Below, one piece after another: positions 1 through 11,355 of a DNA stretch of 64,000 bases (positions within the stretch are counted from its first letter, which is position 1; every line of letters begins with the position of its first letter). Below the pieces are notes generated by a model. It did no database searches and was not told the DNA's origin. It saw only the letters and a program-made list of their open reading frames with translations. The stretch is from Alphaproteobacteria bacterium (lineage in GTDB: Bacteria; Pseudomonadota; Alphaproteobacteria; Rs-D84; SZUA-605), in NCBI GenBank assembly GCA_031549385.1, contig JAVBPW010000001.1:1-64000 (forward strand). Reading direction: 5' to 3'. The position numbers and the translations under genes were made by a program.

Positions 1-3000
1 ACATTTGCAATTGGTGCGCCTGTCATTTCAGAGAAAATAAATCCACCTGTTGCTGTTGTAAACAATTTACCAGTTAGAGTTCCATTTCCACGATAGTTAA
101 CTTGTGTTGTTCCATTGTTATAAATTGCATAATTTGTTCCAGATATTGAAGCATTGTTCTTTATTGTTAGGTAATTAACACCACCCAATATATCAATTGC
201 TCTGTTTGTACTTGTCACTGCATGGTTAACATTTAAATTAGCTTGATCTGTTGTTAATCCAACATCCATAATTCTTATATCTGATGCTGCCACTGTTGAT
301 GTACAATCATTTGTTCCAATACAAGTATAACTTTTATCTGTAAGATGAGAGTTATCACCTTGTGTCCAATAATCTATTCCAAATGTTAACCATAGTTCTG
401 AATATCCTCCATTAGATACAACTTTCAATCGATATGAAGAAGAATCCATAGCAACTCCATTGTTTAATAATGACAAGTTATTATAAGAAACAAGAGTATT
501 AGATTTTGCAATTAAATATGAATCAGAAGACGATGTTAATATAGCACTACTATTTAAAGTTAAATTTAATGAAACCGTATCAAAAGCCAAATTTCCAATA
601 TTTGATAAAATTTTTGCTACCGCAGTATCGCTTGTAATATAAGCAATACTCAATTGTGTTGCTCCACCTTTATTAGAATATTTAATGCCATTTGCACCAG
701 TTGCTGCATTAAATTGAGCAAGTTTAGATGCAGATGCCACAGTCATATTAGAAAATTCAAATCCACCAGCTGAATGTAATCCTCCAACTAAAGTTCCATT
801 CCCTTGATAATTAATAGCTGAAGCAGTATTTAAATTGTAAATAGCATGCTCTGTTCCAGAAATATTTCCAGTTGTATTATTGATAATACTTCCAACTAAT
901 TTACCTGTAGTATCAAAATTAATACCTATTTTTCCGCCAGTAATATCTTTATTGTTTATAATATTTCCATTATATATCGCAGAAGTTAGATATGATATCC
1001 CATTTATTCCACCATTAATAGTTCCATTATTAGTAATATCACCATAAGAACTTGAAGATGAAGAAAATTCAATACCAGATTTTCCACCAGTTATAACTGA
1101 TGAAGAAGTTCTATTCAAAATATAAGATTTGGATGAAGATATTCCAAATTTGCTACTTGCTCCTGATACAAGTATACCTACACCATTTGTTGCATTTACA
1201 CCTTCAATTTTCAAAGAATTATCTACTGTACCATACATAGCTGAATTTGTAGCAAATGTTATTCCTGAAAGATCCCCTGATATTGTTCCATAATTTTTTA
1301 TATCTCCATACATTGCACTATAAATATCAAATAATATTCCATTATTTTTACCAATAATCTTTGAAGTAGTAGTCTGGTTTATTAGATTAACACTTTCTGT
1401 ATCTGAACCAAATGAAGACAGCATAGCAACACCAACTCCCTTTAATAAAATTCCAGAACTTCCAGAATTCAACCCTTCTATTGTGTTTGAATTTGTTAAA
1501 TTTCCTAACAATTTTGCAATATATAAATTAATTGCACTACTACCACCACTTATAGTTCCTAGATTTTCAATATCAATATATGAAGATGTATAGTATGAAT
1601 ATATTCCACTATTTCCTCCAGTAATTTTTGAAGATGCTGAAGAATTAAGTATTTTAGAATGATTTAAACTTGTACCTTGTGATGCATTATCTAATTGAAT
1701 AGCATAGCCTGTTGCAGTATTTTCAATTGTTCCAGTATTTTGAATTTGACCATTAAAAGAATATAAACTTAAAGCAGCATAGGATGAAGAAGTTGCTCTA
1801 ATTATACCACTATTTACTATATTTCCAGTAAATATTCCTCCAAAAGGTGAAGTTTCAATTGCACGATTTGAAGCAATAATAGTACCATAATTTTGTATAT
1901 CACCATTCATGTTTCCATAAACTTGTATAGCATTCGTTACTTGTATAGTTTTTCCAGAATTATTTCTTATATATCCATTATAAGTTGCACTATTATCAAT
2001 TTTAATAAAACTACTTCTCGGCATATCAGAATTATTTATTATATTCAAATAATTAACTCCATCCATTACATTAATTGCAACACTAGCGTAGTTACTCATA
2101 TCGTGATTTAATGTCAAAGTTGCATAGTCTGTAGATTTTCCAACACTTTTTATATTTATACTATCAGAAAAATTTAAAGAAATTATAGCGCTGGCCATTG
2201 TGGAACAATCATTACCTGTGCCTGTATCACAATTAAACCATTTTGATTCTACATGAGAATTATCACCTTCAGTCCACCAATCAAGAGCATAAAACAACCA
2301 AAATTTTTTACTATCTAAAGAACCAGTTGAAAAATCAGATGAATATTTTAAAGACCTATTTGTTAAATCAAACCCATAGCCATGAGCATGAGCATTATTA
2401 TCTAACGATGTAACCACAGCTACATTATAAACATCAAAATAAACTTCATTTGCAGCACTGGCTAATAAAAATTTGCCTGTCTGGGTAATTACAGCGCCAT
2501 CTTTTTTTAAATTTAAAACATACATATTATCATCTGCACCTAGAATAGATAATTTATCTGGAGATGTAATTTGAGCAAACTGAGACCAACTTTGATTCAA
2601 CTCTGCGGTTGTGTAATTTAAACGTAATAAAGAATCTCCATAATTATAACCGGATATATAGGTAATTGTTCCTGTTCCTGTTATAACATTAGTCTTGTTT
2701 AACGGAACTTTATTAAATCCTCCAATATGAAAGTCTGCGTCTTCTAATAAAATACCACCAGTTAAAGTACCATTCCCTCTATATTCAACCAAACCTTTTG
2801 CATGCAAGGAATAATTTATACCTTTAATTGTTCCGTTATTAATAAAAGAAGCACCAGTATTATATAATACAGCTCCAGTATCTCCACCTTCAATCAAACC
2901 ATTATTTAAAACCATACCTCTATCAAAACTTATCCAACTTAAATACACCCCATACTTACCACCTTTAATTATTCCCCCAACATTATTAACTAATGCATTT

Positions 3001-4832
3001 TCACCATCAAGTCCAAAATAAGCACCGCTGCTATTTCCAACATTAAAACCAATACCATTAACACCAGTTCCTTCAATTGTTCCAGAATTAGTTACAGTTC
3101 CTTTAATATAAACTATATCTATTCCCATTAATAATCCTGATATCGTACCAGAATTAACAATATTTCCATTAAGTTGTGCCCCACGCATAGAACCCTCTGG
3201 TGAAAGAGCCATTCCATAACCACTGGTTCCTTTTATGGTTCCTGTGTTAATTATATCTCCATAAATTTTCACATAAGAATTATAGTAAATTCCATTATAT
3301 CCTATTATTGTTCCATTATTATAAATATTTGATTGTTCAGAGAGACTGTTTCCAAATTTACCACCATAAATTTTAATCCCAGCATCTTCAATATTTACAC
3401 CATTACCCTGTATGATATTACTGTTTGTAATATTACCAACATAGATATCTCCTGAATTAAAAGCTCCAATAGAAATTCCAGAACTTCCAATAATCTTTCC
3501 TTTGTTTAAAATATCAAGATACGAACCTCGAAGATAAATCCCAACATCTAAACTACTAATTTCAGAAGTTGAGGTTTCATTTGTTATAGTTGTTTTCAGT
3601 GAAGCAGAACCCATATTGGAAAAACTTATCCCATTTCCATAAGTTGATTGCGATATTATTTTACCATAATTTTTTATATCAACATAACCACCAGAAGATA
3701 TAATTGATGTCATCTGCCCCGCAGCATCATTTATAATAGTAGCATTCTTACTTATAGATCCAAATTGTCCTTCAACTGCAGCATAGGAACTTGAAATAAT
3801 ACCATAATTTGTTATAGTTCCTGTAAAGTTTGAAAGACTATTAACTCTTATACCATAATTACCTTGCATAACCCCACTTGAATAATTTGTAATATCCCCA
3901 TACATATTAGATGTAATAGAAATCATCGCATTACCAAGCCCACCAGTAAGTAACCCATAATTATTTATATCCCCATACATAACTCCACTCATAGAGATTG
4001 GGATACCAGAATTAATTGTTCCACCATAATAATTAACAATATTCGAACGATCAGTTTCTAAACCAAATTGTCCGTTAATTTCTATACCAATACTATATCC
4101 AAGCATGTTGTTATTTATTGATCCATAGTTATAAATATTTCCAATAAACAGCGTAGAATTAGCTTCCCCAGATTTTCCAATAAGAATTGCAATTCCACCA
4201 TTTCCTTCTATACGTAATTCCCCTCTGTTTGTAATATCCCCATACATTTTCACCCCATTGGATAAAGAAATTAAATCCCCACCATATTGATTTGTAATTA
4301 AAGCACTAGCTTCATTTACAATATAAGATTTCAATAAAGAAGAACCAAATATAGTATTTGCTCCAGCCATTGCAATTGATCCAAAACTGCCTGAACCAAA
4401 AGATGTTGTAAAAGTTGCATTATTTGTGATCGTTCCATACATAGTACCATTACTAAAATAAATAACTGCCCCTCCATTTAATTTAAGTTCAGCATTATTT
4501 ACTATATTCAAATAATTTGTTCCAGAATTTATTTGAACAATATGAGGATTACCAACATATGTCGGACTAACATTATGATTGAATATCAAGTTTGCATAAT
4601 TAGCCGAAGACCCAACTCCCTGAATTAACAACATTCCAGAACCAGAAGGATAGACTGCTTTTGTTTTACAATCATTAACTCCACCATCAATACTTCCATC
4701 ACATGTAAAATATGTTGCGTTTGGTATTGAAGTATTTGCTCCAGTCCAAGTAGTCTGTGAAAACGAATCAGTTGATGTGAATAAAAATGTTGCTGTTAAT
4801 ATTGGAAATATTAGCTTTTTAATAAAATTCAT
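1..4832 (-). CDS. Giant secreted Gly/Asn/Ser/Thr/Ile-rich repeat protein (beta-helix adhesin/autotransporter-passenger-like), runs off the window end
   Basis: ATG at 4832 after AGGAG; signal peptide MNFIKKLIFPILTATFLF; same frame still open at position 3; many IxNxGxIxG repeats; absent from the ORF track, consistent with no stop in the window. Confidence 0.85.
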   Translation of the reverse strand, partial: MNFIKKLIFPILTATFLFTSTDSFSQTTWTGANTSIPNATYFTCDGSIDGGVNDCKTKAVYPSGSGMLLIQGVGSSANYANLIFNHNVSPTYVGNPHIVQINSGTNYLNIVNNAELKLNGGAVIYFSNGTMYGTITNNATFTTSFGSGSFGSIAMAGANTIFGSSLLKSYIVNEASALITNQYGGDLISLSNGVKMYGDITNRGELRIEGNGGIAILIGKSGEANSTLFIGNIYNYGSINNNMLGYSIGIEINGQFGLETDRSNIVNYYGGTINSGIPISMSGVMYGDINNYGLLTGGLGNAMISITSNMYGDITNYSSGVMQGNYGIRVNSLSNFTGTITNYGIISSSYAAVEGQFGSISKNATIINDAAGQMTSIISSGGYVDIKNYGKIISQSTYGNGISFSNMGSASLKTTITNETSTSEISSLDVGIYLRGSYLDILNKGKIIGSSGISIGAFNSGDIYVGNITNSNIIQGNGVNIEDAGIKIYGGKFGNSLSEQSNIYNNGTIIGYNGIYYNSYVKIYGDIINTGTIKGTSGYGMALSPEGSMRGAQLNGNIVNSGTISGLLMGIDIVYIKGTVTNSGTIEGTGVNGIGFNVGNSSGAYFGLDGENALVNNVGGIIKGGKYGVYLSWISFDRGMVLNNGLIEGGDTGAVLYNTGASFINNGTIKGINYSLHAKGLVEYRGNGTLTGGILLEDADFHIGGFNKVPLNKTNVITGTGTITYISGYNYGDSLLRLNYTTAELNQSWSQFAQITSPDKLSILGADDNMYVLNLKKDGAVITQTGKFLLASAANEVYFDVYNVAVVTSLDNNAHAHGYGFDLTNRSLKYSSDFSTGSLDSKKFWLFYALDWWTEGDNSHVESKWFNCDTGTGNDCSTMASAIISLNFSDSINIKSVGKSTDYATLTLNHDMSNYASVAINVMDGVNYLNIINNSDMPRSSFIKIDNSATYNGYIRNNSGKTIQVTNAIQVYGNMNGDIQNYGTIIASNRAIETSPFGGIFTGNIVNSGIIRATSSSYAALSLYSFNGQIQNTGTIENTATGYAIQLDNASQGTSLNHSKILNSSASSKITGGNSGIYSYYTSSYIDIENLGTISGGSSAINLYIAKLLGNLTNSNTIEGLNSGSSGILLKGVGVAMLSSFGSDTESVNLINQTTTSKIIGKNNGILFDIYSAMYGDIKNYGTISGDLSGITFATNSAMYGTVDNSLKIEGVNATNGVGILVSGASSKFGISSSKSYILNRTSSSVITGGKSGIEFSSSSSSYGDITNNGTINGGINGISYLTSAIYNGNIINNKDITGGKIGINFDTTGKLVGSIINNTTGNISGTEHAIYNLNTASAINYQGNGTLVGGLHSAGGFEFSNMTVASASKLAQFNAATGANGIKYSNKGGATQLSIAYITSDTAVAKILSNIGNLAFDTVSLNLTLNSSAILTSSSDSYLIAKSNTLVSYNNLSLLNNGVAMDSSSYRLKVVSNGGYSELWLTFGIDYWTQGDNSHLTDKSYTCIGTNDCTSTVAASDIRIMDVGLTTDQANLNVNHAVTSTNRAIDILGGVNYLTIKNNASISGTNYAIYNNGTTQVNYRGNGTLTGKLFTTATGGFIFSEMTGAPIAN

Positions 4833-5011
4833 AGAATCTCTCCTTCTCTCTTCTAGTAAAAACTTAGCATTTTAAAATATGTTTGGCAAGAAATTTTGTT
4901 AATTTGATTTTTATCAAATTATTACTTTTGAATTGAATCCTATTTTAGAAAAATTTTAATAAAAAAAGAGCCAGAATTGGCTCTTTATTTTTGTCAAAAA
5001 ATGCTAAATAA

Positions 5012-5743
5012 TTATTTTTTATTTGCTACTTTTTTCATTGGAGCTTTTTTTGCTACTTTTTTGTTTGCATTTGCAACTTTCAATGGAATGATGTTTGCAA
5101 CTGGTTTCATTGGAGTAACTTTTTTAGCTTTTACTTTCTTTGCTTTTTTTGCTTTTGGAGCTTTAGCGATTTTTGCTTTTGCTATAATAGCTTTCAAAGA
5201 TGATTTTTTTGATTTTGTTTTTTTAGCTTTAGCTTTTTTTGCTTTTGGAGCTGCTTTTTTTACTGCTAATGAAAAAGAAGCTTTCTTTTCAACTTTCTTT
5301 AATGCTTTCTTTACTGCTTTTTTTGCAACTTTTACTTTCTTCTTTGCTTTAGCTTTTACTTTTTTTGCTTTCTTTGCAACTTTCTTTACTTCTTTTTTAA
5401 CAACTGCAACTACTGGAGCTGCTGCTTTTTCAACTGCAACAACTTCTTTCTTTACTTCTGCTACTACTTTCTTTGCAACTTTTTTTGCTTTAGCTTTTTT
5501 AGATTTTTTTGCTTTAGCTTTTTTAACCGGTGTTGCTTTTGCAATTACTTTTGCAAGTTCTGCTTTTCCAGCATCAGTTGTTTCTTTTACATCAATATTT
5601 GTATTTAAGAAAAAGCCGATGTGTTGTTTTGCTTCATTGTAAATTTGTTTATCTTGGTTTTTTGGCATTCCACGATTCATCCAAATATAGTAAGCAACCA
5701 TTTGTATGAATTTTTCATCAACCATTCTGCTATTTAATGTCAT
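5012..5743 (-). CDS. Histone H1-like Lys/Ala-rich protein with N-terminal DUF2934-like domain
   Basis: IQMVAYYIWMNRGMP...YNEAK resembles DUF2934; long KKAK/KKVA tail; AAGGAG RBS. Confidence 0.7.
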   Translation of the reverse strand: MTLNSRMVDEKFIQMVAYYIWMNRGMPKNQDKQIYNEAKQHIGFFLNTNIDVKETTDAGKAELAKVIAKATPVKKAKAKKSKKAKAKKVAKKVVAEVKKEVVAVEKAAAPVVAVVKKEVKKVAKKAKKVKAKAKKKVKVAKKAVKKALKKVEKKASFSLAVKKAAPKAKKAKAKKTKSKKSSLKAIIAKAKIAKAPKAKKAKKVKAKKVTPMKPVANIIPLKVANANKKVAKKAPMKKVANKK

Positions 5744-5896
5744 TTAATTTTCTCCTTATAAAAAATTTTTCCCTATTATTCCCTCAGGTAATTTCTAGTA
5801 TACTATATTTTAAAGAGAAAAAAAAGCTTTTTTTTAATTTTTTTAACATTTATTTTTTCTCTTTTAAAAAATTATGTTTTGAGATAACATATTATT

Positions 5897-6079
5897 ATGA
5901 TTAAAAAATTATTTTTATGTTTTGCTTTATGTTTTATTTCAGCTTGTCATATGTCTGAATACTACGAATATGCTGATGCATTTGAACGTGGACAAAATAT
6001 TTATTTAGCTAATCAAGATAAATATTTTAAAAAAACTTTTAATGATGATGATTTAGCAAAAACTAAAAATAAAAAATAA
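5897..6079 (+). CDS. Small lipoprotein
   Basis: Signal peptide ending in lipobox-like ISAC. Confidence 0.55.
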   Translation: MIKKLFLCFALCFISACHMSEYYEYADAFERGQNIYLANQDKYFKKTFNDDDLAKTKNKK

Positions 6080-8026
6080 TTAAATTATCTTTTCTGCAAA
6101 CTTTGCATTTTCTACAATAAATTTATAACGAGATTCAGCTGTCTTTCCCATTAAATCTTCAACTAGTTTTTTAGTACGCCCAGCATCTTCCATATCTTCT
6201 TCTGTTCTGTTTGGAATTACTACTCTTACTAATTGACGAGTCTTTGGATTCATTGTTGTATCTTTTAATTGATCTGAATTCATTTCACCCAAACCTTTAA
6301 AGCGAGAGGTTTCATACTTTCTGTTTTTAAATTCTTTTTCTATTATTTCATTTAATTCTTTATCTGTTTTTGCATAAAAACTTTTTCCACCACCTGATAT
6401 TTTATATAATGGAGGTAGTGCTATATATAAATGTCCATTAGAAATTAATTCTGGCATTTGTTTATAAAAGAATGTCATTAATAATGAAGCAATATGTGCA
6501 CCGTCTACGTCGGCATCAGTCATTATGATTACTCTTGTGTATCTTAATTTTTCAATATCAAAATCTTTTCCGAGTCCACAACCTAATGCTTCCGCTATAT
6601 CTGATAGTTCTTTATTTTCATCTATCTTATCTTTTGATGATGATGCTACGTTTAAAATTTTTCCGCGTAATGGTAATATAGCTTGAAGCTCACGATTACG
6701 TGATTGCTTTGCAGTACCACCAGCTGAGTCTCCTTCTACTATAAATATTTCTGTGTTCTCTCTTGTCTTAGATGAACAGTCCGTTAATTTACCTGGAAGA
6801 CGGAGTCTTTTTGTTGCACTTTTTCGCGCAATATCTTTTTCTTTACGAGATCTTAATCTTGATTCTGCTACTTCAATTATATCGTCTAATAATAATGTAG
6901 ATGCTTTTGTGTTTTGTGTTAGATATAAATCTATCGAATCCTTTAATGCATTTTCAATTAACTTTATAACTTCTGGTGAAGATAATTTTTCTTTTGTTTG
7001 ACCTTGGAACTGTGGAGTCTTATAAAATAATGAAAGTAAACAACAAGCGTCAGAAAATAAATCATCTGTTGTAATTATTTCTGCTTTCTTATTTCCTATC
7101 ATTGCTCCAAAACTTTTTAAACATTTTAATGCAATGGATTTAAAACCACTTTCATGTGATCCACCTTCTGGTGTTGGAACTGTATTACAATATGATGAGA
7201 AAAAACTTTCTCTGCTTGTACACCAATTTAATGCCCATTCTATTTTACCTTGTTCGTTTGGTAAACATGATACTCCACAAAATTGTGATGGCATTAAACA
7301 TTCTTTTCCTTTTAATGACTCTGATAAGAAATCAGATAAACCATTTGGAAAATAAAATTCATCTGTTGCTGGAATACCCATATCTTCTGTTATTAATTCT
7401 GGATTACACTTCCATTCTATTCTTACACCTTTTTCTAAAAATGCTTTTGAACGTGCAAGACGATAAATTCTTTTTGGTTTGAATAATATTTTATCTGTAA
7501 AAATAGTCGAATCAGGACGGAATGTTACTTTTGTTCCATGACCTTTTGCATCACCTAATACTTCTAAACCACCTGTTGGTTTTCCATAAGCAAATGTTTG
7601 ACGATATTTTTTTCCATCTTTTATTACGATTATTTCCATAAATGATGAAAGAGCATTTACTACTGATGAACCTACCCCATGTAAACCACCTGAAGTTTGA
7701 TAGCTTTTTGAGCCTGAAAATTTTCCACCTGAATGAAGAGTCGTTAAAATTACTTCAAGTGCTGATTTATTTGGAAATTTTGGATGTGGATCAACCGGAA
7801 TACCACGACCATCATCTGTAATTGATATTAAATTGTCTTCTGAAAGTTCAATTGTTATTTTTTTTGCAAAACCCGCTACTGCCTCATCCATAGCATTATC
7901 CAAAATTTCAGATACTAAATGATGATAGGCATTTTCGTCCGTTCCACCGATATACATACCTGGACGTTGACGAACTGGCTCTAAACCTTCTAATACTTCT
8001 ATATCTTTTGCACTATATGAATTCAC
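6080..8026 (-). CDS. parE: DNA topoisomerase IV subunit B
   Basis: [61 protein letters not shown]; no long GyrB insertion. Confidence 0.93.
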   Translation of the reverse strand: MNSYSAKDIEVLEGLEPVRQRPGMYIGGTDENAYHHLVSEILDNAMDEAVAGFAKKITIELSEDNLISITDDGRGIPVDPHPKFPNKSALEVILTTLHSGGKFSGSKSYQTSGGLHGVGSSVVNALSSFMEIIVIKDGKKYRQTFAYGKPTGGLEVLGDAKGHGTKVTFRPDSTIFTDKILFKPKRIYRLARSKAFLEKGVRIEWKCNPELITEDMGIPATDEFYFPNGLSDFLSESLKGKECLMPSQFCGVSCLPNEQGKIEWALNWCTSRESFFSSYCNTVPTPEGGSHESGFKSIALKCLKSFGAMIGNKKAEIITTDDLFSDACCLLSLFYKTPQFQGQTKEKLSSPEVIKLIENALKDSIDLYLTQNTKASTLLLDDIIEVAESRLRSRKEKDIARKSATKRLRLPGKLTDCSSKTRENTEIFIVEGDSAGGTAKQSRNRELQAILPLRGKILNVASSSKDKIDENKELSDIAEALGCGLGKDFDIEKLRYTRVIIMTDADVDGAHIASLLMTFFYKQMPELISNGHLYIALPPLYKISGGGKSFYAKTDKELNEIIEKEFKNRKYETSRFKGLGEMNSDQLKDTTMNPKTRQLVRVVIPNRTEEDMEDAGRTKKLVEDLMGKTAESRYKFIVENAKFAEKII

Positions 8027-8109
8027 TACGCAATTTCCTTTATTTTCCAGTCTATTATATAAATTGGGATTTCTTTTTCAAGAACTTTAAAAGATATTTT
8101 TCTCATTTG

Positions 8110-8138
8110 CTTGATTTTTCTGAAAAATATCTTATATT
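8110..8138 (+). promoter_or_regulatory. Putative RpoH/sigma70-type promoter of dnaJ
   Basis: CTTG-N17-CTTATAT just upstream of the dnaJ ATG. Confidence 0.5.
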
Positions 8139-8148
8139 TCTACTTACT

Positions 8149-9273
8149 ATGTCGAAAGATTATTATGAAATTTTAGGAGTATCAAAAACAGCTAGCGACG
8201 ATGAGCTTAAGAAAGCTTATCGTAAATTGGCTATGAAATATCACCCTGATAAAAATCCGGGAGATAAAGAAGCTGAACAAAAATTTAAAGAAATTAGTAC
8301 TGCTTATGATACTTTGAAGGATAAAAATAAAAGAGCTCAATATGATCAATTTGGAGAAGCTGGGGTAAATAACGGTTCTTCTGGATATGGTGGTGGAAAT
8401 TCTTCTGGCTTTAATGGGTTTAATGATTTTGGTAGCGGATTTAGTGGAAATGATTTTTCAGACATATTCGAAAATATATTCTCAGAAATGATGGGCGGAA
8501 TGGGAAATCGAGGAAGACGTAAGAAACCTTCTAATAAAGGCGCAGATCTTTCTTATCATATGACTATTTCTTTATCTGATGCTTATCACGGTGTTACTCA
8601 CACACTTTCTGTTTCTAAAAATAATACTTGTTCTAAATGTCATGGAACTGGGTCTAATGATGGAAAAGCTTCTACTATTACTTGTCCTAAATGTGGCGGA
8701 GCTGGCGTGCTTCAAATGCGTCAGGGATTTTTCGTAACTCAAGTTATTTGTGATGAATGTAACGGCTCTGGAACAGTTGTTAAAGATCCTTGCACAAAAT
8801 GTGGTGGAACTGGAACAGAATATGGGGATAAAAAATTAGAAATTAAAATTCCTGCTGGAATCGATACAGGAATGAAAATAAAATTAACAGGTGAAGGTGA
8901 TGCAGGACTTAGAGGCGGCGAACCTGGTAATCTTTATATTATTATAGATGTTAAAAACGATAAAATATTTAAACGTGAAGGTGATGATCTTTATGCTGAT
9001 GTAGATGTTCCATTTACTACTGCTATTATGGGTGGAGATATTGAATTGAAACATATTAGCGGCGAAGAATTTAATGTTAAAATTCCTGCTGGAACAAATC
9101 CTGAAACTCAACTTAGATTGAAAGATAAAGGTATGCTTAAATTACAATCTTCTTATTTTGGAAATTGCTATATCACTGTTAAAGTAAAAATGCCTAAGAA
9201 AATTTCTAAGAAACAAGCTGATCTTTTAAAAGAATTTGAAGCCGAAGGCAAAAAATCTAAGAGTTGGTTTTAG
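8149..9273 (+). CDS. dnaJ: Chaperone DnaJ
   Basis: Start reassigned to [10 protein letters not shown]; HPD motif, G/F-rich region, four CxxCxGxG repeats. Confidence 0.97.
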   Translation: MSKDYYEILGVSKTASDDELKKAYRKLAMKYHPDKNPGDKEAEQKFKEISTAYDTLKDKNKRAQYDQFGEAGVNNGSSGYGGGNSSGFNGFNDFGSGFSGNDFSDIFENIFSEMMGGMGNRGRRKKPSNKGADLSYHMTISLSDAYHGVTHTLSVSKNNTCSKCHGTGSNDGKASTITCPKCGGAGVLQMRQGFFVTQVICDECNGSGTVVKDPCTKCGGTGTEYGDKKLEIKIPAGIDTGMKIKLTGEGDAGLRGGEPGNLYIIIDVKNDKIFKREGDDLYADVDVPFTTAIMGGDIELKHISGEEFNVKIPAGTNPETQLRLKDKGMLKLQSSYFGNCYITVKVKMPKKISKKQADLLKEFEAEGKKSKSWF

Positions 9274-9294
9274 CAACCTGACGTTGCACGCTTA
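9271..9294 (+). repeat. 24-bp palindromic dispersed repeat, copy 1
   Basis: TAGCAACCTGACGTTGCACGCTTA, identical to 55493..55516. Confidence 0.9.
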
Positions 9295-9792
9295 GTTTTT
9301 CTTCTTTTTAAAAAATCCTAACACTTTTTTAATCTTTGATACTTTTTGTCGGCTGTGACGGGCTTGATATTCGTCTAAACGTTTTTCTAATGGCAATACC
9401 CTTATCTTCATTCCTGCAATTTTCATGATTTCATATTCTGATGTGTCTAATACTGGTGACCATTTACCATTCTTTTTATATTGATAGTCACCTATTAAAT
9501 CTATATTAACACCTTTGATTTCATACTTTCCATAACATGAACGGTACATATCTGTTTGACTGCATACCGGCTTTTGCTTTCTGTATTCTTTTATAAGTTT
9601 ATCAACTTTATTACATTGAGATGAGTCCAATGCAATATCTATGTCATATGAAACAGGAACATTTACATCTTGAAGTATCAAGGATGTTGATCCTATTAAT
9701 GTCCATGGTATTTTATTTGGATCTACTTTCTTATAAAATATTTTTAATGCGTCTAAAACTTCTTTAAATTCACTTGTATTTTTCATTCGCAC
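9292..9792 (-). CDS. Nucleotidyltransferase-fold protein
   Basis: W-x-L-x-GS...DIDI motif. Confidence 0.65.
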   Translation of the reverse strand: MRMKNTSEFKEVLDALKIFYKKVDPNKIPWTLIGSTSLILQDVNVPVSYDIDIALDSSQCNKVDKLIKEYRKQKPVCSQTDMYRSCYGKYEIKGVNIDLIGDYQYKKNGKWSPVLDTSEYEIMKIAGMKIRVLPLEKRLDEYQARHSRQKVSKIKKVLGFFKKKKN

Positions 9793-9870
9793 AATAGTAC
9801 TACTTTATAGGAATGTTTTCAATCTTTTGGAGAAATATTTTTAAAAAAGGCTCTTTTTCAGAGCCTTAGA

Positions 9871-11259
9871 TTATGCACCTTTTTTGAGTTCCGTGAGGAA
9901 TTCTTCAATTGTTGGTACTTTCCCGTTAGCAAATAATGGATCGTTTGCAAATCTGTATGCACTGTGACCTGAAAACATTAAATTGTTTTCTATATCACCA
10001 CCATGAGCTACTGCTACTAGTGTCTTTTGAATACAGAAGCTTCTTGGATCTGGTTCTATCTTTATATCGTCCCTTTCACACCAGCCTGAAAATTTACAGC
10101 CAGCTAAACATCCTACACAGGATTTTTGCTCTGCTACTATTTTCAATGCTTGGCCTGGAGTTTCAAACACTAATGTAGAATCTGGTGTTGGAAGCGGTAC
10201 GTTAAACCCAGCGTTTGCATATTCTGTTATTTTGTTTAATGAATCTGTTGATACATATGTATTTTTACCCGACGGTAAAACATATAATTGATCATTTGTT
10301 TCATTTGCTTGGTCAGAAAAAGCAACTTGTCTTTCTTTACGAGCATTTAAATTTCTTACAAATTCATTGTCAATTGCTGATGAATACATTCCAGTTGGTG
10401 AGAATTTTTGTAGCTTAATGTCACCTTCTTTTAATGATAACATTTTTTCTCTCCAAGCTTGTGATACTGGAGATTCTTTTGTTAATAGTGGACGAGTTCC
10501 TAATTGGAATGCTACTTCGCCTACTTCTGGATTGTTCATATATTGGGTACATTCTGACAATGTCCAAATTCCACCTGCTATGATGATAGGAACTGCTGCG
10601 AGTCCTACTGAATTCATGAACTTTCTTAGTTCAACTATACGGTCGTATGCACTTTCTCTTTTTTTAGGATCTTCAGCACCTGAAATTCCATTATGACCAC
10701 CTGCTACCCATGGGTCTTCGTATATTACACCACCTAACCATTCTTGTGTCTTTTCAAATCCTCTTGACCAGAGGGCTCTGAATGCACGAGCTGATGATAC
10801 TATTGGTTGATAATGTACTTTGAATTTAGCTGCTATTTCGCCTAGTTGGTATGGCATTCCTGCCCCTACTGAAATTCCGTGGATTTTACCTTTTGCACGT
10901 TCCAATATTCCTTCTAGGATTTCACGAGAATTACTTACACCCCATAAGATGTTCATCAATATACGACCTTTACCTTGTGATTCTTTGTAAGCTATTTCTG
11001 CGTTTGCTACTCCACCTTCTATTGAAAGACGTACTAATTCTTTATGTCTTTCTTTAGGAGTATCACCTTTTATGATGGCTGGATTGGGATTTCCATTTTC
11101 ATCGTATGTGTCTGCCATAACTGCACTGAATGTTCCTGCACAATCTTGAGCAGCAAAACGGCCAGAAGTTAAACCTGTAGATAATGCTACACCTTTTCCA
11201 CCCTCGATTATTGGGTCGATAAGTTTACCGGCTATTTTAACTTTTTTTAAATTTAACAT
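9871..11259 (-). CDS. Nitronate monooxygenase/FabK-like FMN oxidoreductase
   Basis: PIIEGGKG, GAGMP, EDPWVAGGHNG, AGGIW, FQLGTR, CxxCxxxC. Confidence 0.85.
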   Translation of the reverse strand: MLNLKKVKIAGKLIDPIIEGGKGVALSTGLTSGRFAAQDCAGTFSAVMADTYDENGNPNPAIIKGDTPKERHKELVRLSIEGGVANAEIAYKESQGKGRILMNILWGVSNSREILEGILERAKGKIHGISVGAGMPYQLGEIAAKFKVHYQPIVSSARAFRALWSRGFEKTQEWLGGVIYEDPWVAGGHNGISGAEDPKKRESAYDRIVELRKFMNSVGLAAVPIIIAGGIWTLSECTQYMNNPEVGEVAFQLGTRPLLTKESPVSQAWREKMLSLKEGDIKLQKFSPTGMYSSAIDNEFVRNLNARKERQVAFSDQANETNDQLYVLPSGKNTYVSTDSLNKITEYANAGFNVPLPTPDSTLVFETPGQALKIVAEQKSCVGCLAGCKFSGWCERDDIKIEPDPRSFCIQKTLVAVAHGGDIENNLMFSGHSAYRFANDPLFANGKVPTIEEFLTELKKGA

Positions 11260-11355
11260 TTAAATCTTCTCCTTTGTAATGTTAATTTCGTCCTTATTTC
11301 TAGGATAAAAATCTTTATAGCACAAAAAAATTGTGATATAAAGCAATTTTTTACA

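Noticed and set aside
4977-5642. 221-aa Phe/Ala-rich plus-strand ORF
   Set aside because: Antisense shadow of the Lys/Ala-rich H1-like gene
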